Below, in pieces: positions 28,461-42,773 of a DNA stretch of 64,000 bases. Under the pieces are notes generated by a model that was not told the origin of the DNA, did not search any database, and worked only from the letters and a program-made list of their open reading frames with translations. Origin of the DNA: Eledone cirrhosa (lineage: Eukaryota); assembly GCA_964016885.1 (NCBI GenBank), contig OZ024740.1, forward strand, positions 309,132,001-309,196,000, given 5' to 3'. Position 1 is the first letter of the stretch. Every line of letters begins with the position of its first letter. A program made the translations under genes and the position numbers.

Positions 28461-28752
28461 AAAACAAATAACGAAACGAAATTAAATTTCGTTTCGTTTG
28501 TAACTCACTTTTGTATGACTGACGCTTAAACAATTAAGTTAAAAATGTACATCCACATATGTATACTGAAATACTAGTATGCATATGAATACACACACGT
28601 ATACATATGTAGATGTACCGAGCTTTTCACTGGTCACTTTACTGTGAGTGTCCAGCTATTCTGTATGTAAACACACAGACAAACCGGTTTTTAGAGTCAT
28701 ACTGGTTTTTGAGGAAACACCTTTCCTCTATTCTCCAGAAAGCCAGGCAAGG

Positions 28753-28797
28753 AATATTGAACTAGTTTCGATGTTGTTACATCTCATCAGCAATATT
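28753..28797 (-). ncRNA. Minimal type-I hammerhead ribozyme (HH3)
   Basis: - strand: aatattg-CTGATGA-gatgt aaca acatc-GAAA-ctag-TT-caatatt; perfect 7-bp stem I, palindromic stem III. Confidence 0.85.
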
Positions 28798-28904
28798 TAC
28801 CTATCTTCCGGCCTCTCTAGAGAATCGTAAAAGCACATATCGTTATATGCTTTTTCTATGAAAATTAGTAGTGGGCAGACTAATTTGCATAGAGCTTAAT
28901 TGTT

Positions 28905-28976
<72 letters not shown>

Positions 28977-29104
28977 GTGTAGGAGGTGAGTTTTATTGTA
29001 GTACAATAAAGCAATGCAGATATCGGATAAGAAGCACTCTACAGTTTGTGGGACTGGAGTATGCATAATATAAGATCAAAAGATGGTTAAAGGAGTTCCA
29101 TATA

Positions 29105-29171
29105 TTTTATTATGCGCATTTCAAAAACAAACATCATCAAACAATAATATTTGTGTTTTCATCAGATAAAA
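29105..29171 (-). ncRNA. Hammerhead ribozyme (HH4), antisense twin of HH5
   Basis: Reverse complement of 29299-29365. Confidence 0.75.
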
Positions 29172-29298
29172 CAGGAGAACATGATATGAAGGCTAAAAAA
29201 CACTTGTTGATAGTGCAGTTTTAAATCAACATATGATATGTTGATTTAAAACTGCACTATCAACAAGTGTTTTTTAGCCTTCATATCATGTTCTCCTG

Positions 29299-29365
29299 TT
29301 TTATCTGATGAAAACACAAATATTATTGTTTGATGATGTTTGTTTTTGAAATGCGCATAATAAAA
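29299..29365 (+). ncRNA. Minimal type-I hammerhead ribozyme (HH5)
   Basis: ttttat-CTGATGA-[aaacacaaata.../...tgtttgttttt]-GAAA-tgcgca-TA-ataaaa. Confidence 0.75.
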
Positions 29366-29404
29366 TATATGGAACTCCTTTAACCATCTTTTGATCTTAT
29401 ATTA

Positions 29405-31405
<2,001 letters not shown>

Positions 31406-31745
31406 GGATGCACATGGCTTAGTGGTTAGAGCATTGGCCTTCCAATCGAAAGGTTGTGAGTTCAATTCTCAGACCGGGTGATGTGTTGTTTCCTTGAGCA
31501 AGACACTGTATTTCACATTGCTCCAGTTTACTCAGCTGTAGAAATGAGATGATAGGACTGGAGTCCATATCATTCCACTGGAAAGTGGTCATGGAGGTGC
31601 ACGGCAAAAAAGCACCCAGCACTCACTGTAAATGAGGTTGGTGTTAGGAAGGGCATCCAGCTGTAGAAATCAAGCCAGAATCAGTTCCCGTCCCACCCTT
31701 GCAAGCAGGGAAAAAGCGGACGTAAAATGAAATGATGATGATGAT
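31406..31745 (+). mobile_element. Full-length tRNA-derived SINE (family A)
   Basis: A/B boxes; tail matches the RTE 3' end at ~53314-53360. Confidence 0.92.
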
Positions 31746-31827
31746 AATATATATGTATATATATATATATGTATATGTATATGTATATATGTATATATAT
31801 ATGTATATGTATATGTATATATATATG

Positions 31828-31858
<31 letters not shown>

Positions 31859-31876
31859 GTATATATATGTATATAT

Positions 31877-32300
31877 GTGTTCCCGTTCCGCGGTGGCAAA
31901 CCCCTCGTCTGGGATGCCACTTGCACCGACACTTTCTGCAGCCGCAATCTGGTGTAGTCTGCGAGTGACACATGTTCTGCTGCACGTCGGGCTGAGGGGG
32001 CCAAACTCCTCAAATAACGGTCGCTCTCCGACAGGTTTGCGGTCGTTCCCCTGGCAGTGGAAACTTCTGGTGTCCTCGGGCCCCAGGGATACCTCTTTAC
32101 TCACCACCATAGGCGCTGAGCTGGCCAGCCGCAGGTGTGAGCCCCGCGAGTTGGAATGGCTTTTCCAGCGCGTCTCCCTTGCCGTCCTCCGGGGAAACGC
32201 CTTCTCCATTCTGTCCGCCGGGGCTGTGGGTGGGCCCCATCGCGTACCAATACATTAGTTAAATACCATTCTTTCATCTGATACAACACAATAAAGACAG
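31877..32300 (+). mobile_element. CRE-clade non-LTR retrotransposon 3' fragment (RLE domain), decayed
   Basis: [18 protein letters not shown] ... [19 protein letters not shown] match CRE RLE motifs (W..GK.LVWDAT..DT; QR.S.A.QRGNA); GC-rich island. Confidence 0.8.
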
Positions 32301-32389
32301 TGAGAATGTAAAACACGTCAAATAATCGACGAAAAAGAAAACGTAGAGCAAAAGTCCAGGAAATGTCGCAAATACCAAATTGTTCTAAA

Positions 32390-35478
<3,089 letters not shown>

Positions 35479-35534
35479 TTCGTTTCTGAATTTGTTTAGC
35501 AAGATTCTTTATCTGAAAACGTGTGTTGAAACCG

Positions 35535-35885
35535 ATATTGTTATACTTTGGGAGGGTCATGTTGCCAATAAAAAACACACCCACCAGTTGCTTTCACTTC
35601 AATTTATTATAACAAATTTATAAATTTTCGGTTGGTTGGTTAGTTCCACAACCAGATGGTTGTTTATATATTGTCAAAGTTCTTTCCTCACACATTCTGT
35701 GACCTCTTCAGTGACTGGGGATTCTTTTCTTTGTTTTTTGTGCCTCTCCTTTGTTCTGTCCTACGCCATCTTTGTATTTATTTATAAATTCCTAAATTTA
35801 TAAATTTATTATAATAAATTGAAGTGAAACAACTGGTGCGTGTGTTTCTTATTGGCAGCATGACCCTCCCAAAGTATAACAATAT
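35535..35885 (-). mobile_element. Penelope-like remnant: ~90-bp inverted arms around a degenerate hammerhead (35673-35715, -)
   Basis: atattgttatactttgggagggtcatg vs catgaccctcccaaagtataacaatat; gtca-CTGAAGA-ggtcaca gaatg tgtgag-GAAA-gaac-TT-tgac. Confidence 0.55.
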
Positions 35886-35916
35886 ATATATATATATATG
35901 TATATATATATGTACA

Positions 35917-35971
<55 letters not shown>

Positions 35972-35990
35972 GTATATATATATATATGTA

Positions 35991-36560
35991 TATAAATAAA
36001 ATAAAATAACAGGTGGCTGGACTGGTGTAAATCCTTGGAAGGTTTATTATAGATTCTTTGGACTAGCATTTTTTTCGCCGCATTTTCTAGCATGAATGTA
36101 ATGTAACCCTTATGCTGACTTCTTTCTCCCTTTCTTTCTTTCCCTTTTTCTTTGACGGAGAGGTGGCAGTGCATAATAAGCCTTCGCCCCCTCACCAGAT
36201 GTTCATTAGTAGATTCAGTTGCCACCACTTTGAGGGCGACTGGCTGAGATAAAGGCAGCTAGTTGGTCAGTCGTGCTCTTTGTCTCTGTCTCTGATTTTT
36301 CGGACCCATGATTTTTTACATATTCCTTTGTTATATTCTAATACCTGATGATATCACCGGATTCATATGGAACCCGGTCATTGAAATGATCTTAATATAA
36401 TAAATCTTACAAGGATTTACACCAGTCCAGCCTCCTGTTATTATATTTATAATTAACTCCGTATTCGCACCACCAACTACACAAACGAAGATGGGTGAAC
36501 TGCACTGCGTTGAGTACTCTTCACAATATTACACCAGGATTGACCATACAGAATGACCAG
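35991..36560 (+). mobile_element. Penelope-like remnant: inverted arms (36004-36051 / 36395-36451) with degenerate hammerhead (36331-36400)
   Basis: aacaggtggctggactggtgtaaatcctt vs aaggatttacaccagtccagcctcctgtt; CTGATGA-[accgg/ccggt]-GAAA-tgatct-TA. Confidence 0.55.
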
Positions 36561-36567
36561 TTCTATC

Positions 36568-36726
36568 CAGTGGTTGTGGAGGTGCCACAGCAAAAAAGCA
36601 CCCAGCACTCACTGTAAATGAGGTTGGTGTTAGGAAGGTCATCCAGTAGAAATCAAGCCAGAATCAGTCCCGTACCACCCTTGCAAGCAGGGAAAAGGGG
36701 ACGTAAAAATGATGATGATGATGATA
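36568..36726 (+). mobile_element. SINE family A, 3' half
   Basis: Matches 31584-31745. Confidence 0.85.
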
Positions 36727-36747
36727 TATGTATATATATATATATGT

Positions 36748-37081
36748 ATTCATTTCATTTTACGTCCGCTTTTTTCCTGCTTGCAAGGGTGGGACGGGAA
36801 CTGATTCTGGCTTGATTTCTACAGCTGGATGCCCTTCTTAACACCAACCTCAATTACAGTGAGTGCTGGGTGCTTTTTTGCCGTGGCACCTCCACGACCA
36901 CTTTCCAGTGGAATGATATGGACCCCAGTTCCTATCATCTCATTTCTACAGCTGAGTAAACTGGAGCAATGTGAAATAAAGTGTCTTGCTCAAGGAAACA
37001 ACACATCACCTGGTCTGATAATTGAACTCCCAACCTTTCGCTTGCAAGGCCAATGCTCTAACCACTAAGCCATGTGCCTCC
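36748..37081 (-). mobile_element. Full-length SINE family A, tail-to-tail with the previous copy
   Basis: Reverse complement of 31406-31745. Confidence 0.92.
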
Positions 37082-37380
37082 ATATATATGTATATATATA
37101 TATATGTATATATATATATGTATATCTACGTATATATATGTATGTATATATATATATATGTATGTATATATGTATATACGTATATATATGTATGTAGATA
37201 TATGTATATATATATATGTATATACGTATATGTATATATATACGTATATATATATGTATGTATGTATATGTATATACGTATATATATATGTATGTATGTA
37301 TATGTATATACGTATATATATGTATATATATGTATATACGTATATATATATGTATGTATATATATATGTATATATATATG

Positions 37381-37976
37381 TCCTTTGCCCTTTGACAGGT
37401 TTTGTTTTTAGTCCTGCAGGATGTCCAAAGTCACCCTCCTCACCAAGAAACCTTGGTGGGGTTGCCAGTTTAGTCGCCAATGACCCGACTATGACAGGTT
37501 GTACTGGGATACATGTTACCAGTAGTACCAACTGGTGACCTGAGTCAATGGCCATCCAAAATCACTGGGAGAGATGACCCCTTAGCCTTTGTCAAGGCAG
37601 AATTCTAGGAGAAGGTAAACTCTGATAAAACACCTGCAGCCCTGATGGTATCCAATGATGTTGACTTGTTCTTCTTTTTGGTAAATATCATGTTGGTTAA
37701 GAGAGTGGGACTGGCTTTGTGCAGTGCCTTTGCTCACTATAAAAGCTTTACGGCACAGGCATTGCTTTATATCTGGAGATCTCTCTGCACTTATCGTCAC
37801 ATGGTGCCATGGGCCCAGCACTGTGTGTCAATAATTGTCACAGGTGTAGTGTTTGTACCAGAGTTTTCAAGTCGCTGGCTGGACTAAAAAGTCACACTTG
37901 TTCAGCGCATCGGTAGGGGTTCTCCTACATGAATATAAAGTAGTGGCCGTACTCGAAAACGAGTTGGCACCCACCA
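37381..37976 (+). mobile_element. RTE-derived non-autonomous element (family B) with inverted 5' 162 bp
   Basis: 37381-37542 is the reverse complement of 40483-40647; 37542-37976 matches 40655-41088. Confidence 0.88.
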
Positions 37977-38023
37977 TGTATATATATATATATGTGTATG
38001 TATGTATGTATGTATATATATAT

Positions 38024-38433
38024 CCGGGAGAGATGTCCCCTAAGCCTTTGTCAAGGCAGAATTCTAGGAGAAGGAAAACTCTGATATAACACCTGCAACC
38101 CTGATGGTATCCAATGATGTTGACTTGTTCTTCTTTTTGGTAAATATCATCTTGGTTAAGAGAGTGGGACTGGCTTTGTGCAGTGCCTTTGTTCACTATA
38201 AAAGCTTCACGGCACAGGCATTGCTTTATATCTGGAGATCTCTCTACACTTGTCGTCTCATGGTACCATGGGCCCAGCACTGTGTCAATAATTGTCACAA
38301 GTGTAGTGTTTGTACCAGAGTTTTCAAGTCCCTGGCTGGACTAAAAAGTCACACTCGTTCAGCGCATCGGTAGGGGTTCTCCTACATGGATATAAAATAG
38401 TGGCCGTACTCGAAAACGAGTTGACAGCCACCA
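38024..38433 (+). mobile_element. Family B element, 5'-truncated
   Basis: Matches 40678-41088; encodes [25 protein letters not shown] (RTE C-terminal C2H2-type finger). Confidence 0.88.
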
Positions 38434-38810
38434 TATGTATGTATGTATATATATATATATATATGTATGTATATATATATATATATGTATGTATATATAT
38501 ATGTATGTATATATATATGTATGTATATATATATATGTATGTATATATATATATATCTATGTATGTATATATATATATCTATGTATGTATATATATCTAT
38601 GTATGTATATATATATATATCTATGTATGTATATATATATATATCTATGTATGTATATATATATATCTATGTATGTTTATATATATATATGTATGTGTGT
38701 ATATATATATATATATCTATGTATGTTTATATATATATATATGTATGTGGATATATATATATATGTATGTATGTATATATATATATATGTATGTATGTAT
38801 ATATATATAT

Positions 38811-38993
38811 GTAGGAGGTGAGTTTTATTGTATGTTGATTTAAAACTTCACTGCTCACAAGTGTATTTTAAGCTTCATATGTTTCCCTATTTTATCTGAT
38901 GAGAACGCAAATATCATCCCATGATATTTGTCTTTGAAATGCGCATAATAAAATACTTGGAACTCTTTTAACCATCTTTTGATCTTATATTAT
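38811..38993 (+). mobile_element. ~183-bp hammerhead-carrying unit, same family as 28979-29405
   Basis: Same start gtaggaggtgagttttattgta and same end ttgatcttatattat as the 29-kb copy. Confidence 0.8.
38888..38955 (+). ncRNA. Minimal type-I hammerhead ribozyme (HH6)
   Basis: tattttat-CTGATGA-[caaatatcat ccc atgatatttg]-GAAA-tgcgca-TA-ataaaata. Confidence 0.8.
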
Positions 38994-39101
38994 ATATATG
39001 TATGTATATATATATCCAATATCTCTGAAGAAGTGACAACTGATTATACATTTGCTATCGAATAGTTGCTAACATTATATGATTACGCAAGCAGCGATAC
39101 A

Positions 39102-39141
39102 TAGGTATTCTGTCTGTTACAGAAACATATGTCAATACCTA
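39102..39141 (+). ncRNA. Dead hammerhead (core partly deleted)
   Basis: taggtatt-CTG(tctgttaca)-GAAA-catatg-TC-aataccta then ataaa; CUGANGA core incomplete. Confidence 0.45.
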
Positions 39142-39186
39142 ATAAATTCCTTTATGGAAGCACTTTCATTTTATATTCATCTTTTC

Positions 39187-39246
<60 letters not shown>

Positions 39247-39430
39247 TGTATATGTATGTATGTATGTATATATATGTATGTATGTATATATATGTATGTA
39301 TGTATATATATGTATGTATGTATATATATATATATATGTATGTATGTATATATATATATATGTATGTATATATATATGTATGTATATATATATATGTATG
39401 TATATATATATGTATGTATATATATATATG

Positions 39431-39462
<32 letters not shown>

Positions 39463-39780
39463 TATGTATGTATATCTTTATATATATATGTATGTATATT
39501 TATATATATATATATATGTATGTATATTTATATATATATATATATGTATGTATATGTATGTATATATATATATATATGTATGTATATGTATGTATATATA
39601 TATATATATGTATGTATATGTATGTATATATATATATATATGTATGTATATGTATGTATATATATATATGTATGTATATGTATGTATATATATATATGTA
39701 TGTATATGTATGTATATATATATATATATGTATATGTATGTATATATATGTATATGTATGTATATATATGTATATGTATG

Positions 39781-39813
<33 letters not shown>

Positions 39814-39960
39814 ATGTATGTATATATATGTATATGTATGTATATATATATGTATGTATATGTATGTATATATATGTATATGTATGTATATATATATATG
39901 TATGTATGTATATATATGTATATGTATGTATATATATATATGTATGTATGTATATGTATG

Positions 39961-40019
<59 letters not shown>

Positions 40020-40095
40020 ATATATATATGTATGTATGTATGTATGTATATATGTATGTATGTATATATACATATATATGTATGTATGTATGTAT
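39187..40095. repeat. (TA)n/(TATG)n microsatellite
   Basis: Seen directly. Confidence 0.97.
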
Positions 40096-40238
40096 GTCAG
40101 GTCACCAGTTGGTGCTACTGGTAACATGTATCCCAGTACAACCTGTCCCATGGTCGGGTCGTTGGCGACTAAACTGGCAACCCCACCAAGGTTTCTTGGT
40201 GAGGAGGGTGACTTTGGACATCCTGCAGGACTAAAAAC
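40096..40238 (+). mobile_element. Duplicate of the 5' end of the family B element
   Basis: Matches 40481-40623, and the upstream microsatellite pattern is also duplicated. Confidence 0.85.
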
Positions 40239-40349
40239 ATGTATGTATATGTATGTATATATATGTATATGTATGTATATATATATATGTATGTATGTAT
40301 ATATATGTATATGTATGTATATATATATATGTATGTATGTATATGTATG

Positions 40350-40408
<59 letters not shown>

Positions 40409-40480
40409 ATATATATATGTATGTATGTATGTATGTATATATGTATGTATGTATATATACATATATATGTATGTATGTAT

Positions 40481-41088
40481 GTCAGGTCACCAGTTGGTGC
40501 TACTGGTAACATGTATCCCAGTACAACCTGTCCCATGGTCGGGTCGTTGGCGACTAAACTGGCAACCCCACCAAGGTTTCTTGGTGAGGAGGGTGACTTT
40601 GGACATCCTGCAGGACTAAAAACAAAACCTGTCAAAGGGCAAAGGAGCTCTTAAGAGTCAATGGCCATCCAAAATCACCGGGAGAGATGACCCCTTAGCC
40701 TTTGTCAAGGCAGAATTCTAGGAGAAGGAAAACTCTGATATAACACCTGCAACCCTGATGGTATCCAATGATGTTGACTTGTTCTTCTTTTTGGTAAATA
40801 TCATCTTGGTTAAGAGAGTGGGACTGGCTTTGTGCAGTGCCTTTGCTCACTATAAAAGCTTCACGGCACAGGCATTGCTTTATATCTGGAGATCTCTCTG
40901 CACTTGTCGTCACATGGTACCATGGGCCCAGCACTATGTGTCAGTAATTGTCACAAGTGTAGTGTTTGTACCAGAGTTTTCAAGTCGCTGGCTCGACTAA
41001 AAAGTCACACTCGTTCAGCGCATCGGTAGGGGTTCTCCTACATGGATATAAAGTAGTGGCCGTACTCGAAAACGAGTTGGCAGCCACC
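40481..41088 (+). mobile_element. Full-length (~610 bp) RTE-derived non-autonomous element (family B)
   Basis: RTE-like 5' region plus C-terminal Zn-finger remnant plus 3' end actcgaaaacgagttggcagccacc(AT)n. Confidence 0.85.
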
Positions 41089-41115
41089 ATATATATATAT
41101 ATATGTATGTATATA

Positions 41116-41402
41116 TAACTTTGAATAACTTTGAAATGTTTTGGCCAGTATTGGCCCAGGCCATGTCTAACTTAATAGCACCACCTGGCGAAGTCTTTCA
41201 ATTCAGGATTTGGGCACCATGGCCCATTCGAGAAGAGAATTACTGTTTGCGGAGACATATCCGGGTGTGGGTGGTTTGTCCGGGATTACTTGGAGGAATT
41301 TGTCCAAAGACTTCTTGAATCTTGTGTGGTCAGTTTCTGTTTTGACGTGTCCTGGTGTGATGTTGAAGAGAGCAGGGCCGATTGAGGTGAAATAATTGTA
41401 CA
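41116..41402 (-). mobile_element. CR1/L2-group LINE 3' end
   Basis: GPALFN...[21 protein letters not shown]...SNSL; short tandem ttcaaagtta tail. Confidence 0.7.
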
Positions 41403-41637
41403 TATATATGTATGTATACATATACAATATATATATGTACATATATATGTATGTATGTATATATATATATATATATGTACATATATATGTATGTATATAT
41501 ATATATATATATATGTATGTATATATATATATGTATGTATGTATATATATATATATATATGTATGTATATATATATATGTATGCATATATATATGTATAT
41601 ATATATGTATGTATATATATATATGTATGTATGTATG

Positions 41638-41669
<32 letters not shown>

Positions 41670-41933
41670 TATATATGTATGTATGTATGTATGTATATAT
41701 ATATGTATGTATGTATATATATATATATATGTATGTATGTATATATATATATGTATGTATGTATATATATATATGTATGTATGTATATATATATATGTAT
41801 GTATGTATATATATATATGTATGTATGTATATATATATATGTATATGTATATATATATATGTATGTATGTATATATATATATGTATATGTATATATATAT
41901 ATGTATGTATGTATATATATATATATGTATATG

Positions 41934-41964
<31 letters not shown>

Positions 41965-42139
41965 GTATATATGTATATATATATATGTATATATGTATAT
42001 ATATATATATGTATGTATGTATATATATATATGTATGTATGTATATATATATATGTATGTATGTATATATATATATGTATGTATGTATATATATATATGT
42101 ATGTATATATATATATGTATGTATGTATATATATATATG

Positions 42140-42180
<41 letters not shown>

Positions 42181-42285
42181 GTATGTATGTATTTATATAT
42201 ATGTATGTATATATATATGTATATATGTATGTATATATGTATGTATGTATATATATGTATGTATATGTATGTATGTATATATATG

Positions 42286-42317
<32 letters not shown>

Positions 42318-42365
42318 TGTATGTATGTATATATATGTATGTATGTATGTATGTATATATATATG

Positions 42366-42406
<41 letters not shown>

Positions 42407-42497
42407 GTATGTATGTATATATATATATGTATGTATATATATATGTATATATGTATGTATATATATATGTATGTATGTATATATATGTATGTATATG

Positions 42498-42529
<32 letters not shown>

Positions 42530-42773
42530 TGTATGTATGTATATATATGTATGTATGTATGTATGTATATATATATATATGTATGTATGTATGTATATAT
42601 GTATGTATGTATATATGTATGTATGTATATATGTATGTATGTATATATGTATGTATGTATATATATATATATATATATGTATGTATATATGTATGTATGT
42701 ATATATATATGTATGTATGTGTATGTATGTATATATATATATATGTATGTATGTATATATGTATGTATATATA
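41403..42773. repeat. (TA)n/(TATG)n microsatellite
   Basis: Seen directly. Confidence 0.97.

Larger units (their letters stand above)
29065..29405. repeat. Perfect palindrome, 170-bp arms with 1-nt spacer (G29235)
   Basis: ataatataagatcaaaag...ttttaaatcaacatat-G-atatgttgatttaaaa...cttttgatcttatattat. Confidence 0.95.

Noticed and set aside
38104-38373. Host C2H2 zinc-finger gene
   Set aside because: Single finger within a repeated element, frameshifted in sister copies
40481-40570. HDV-like ribozyme at the 5' end of family B
   Set aside because: Partial helices exist, but I could not place P1, P1.1, P2 and P3 in the required order
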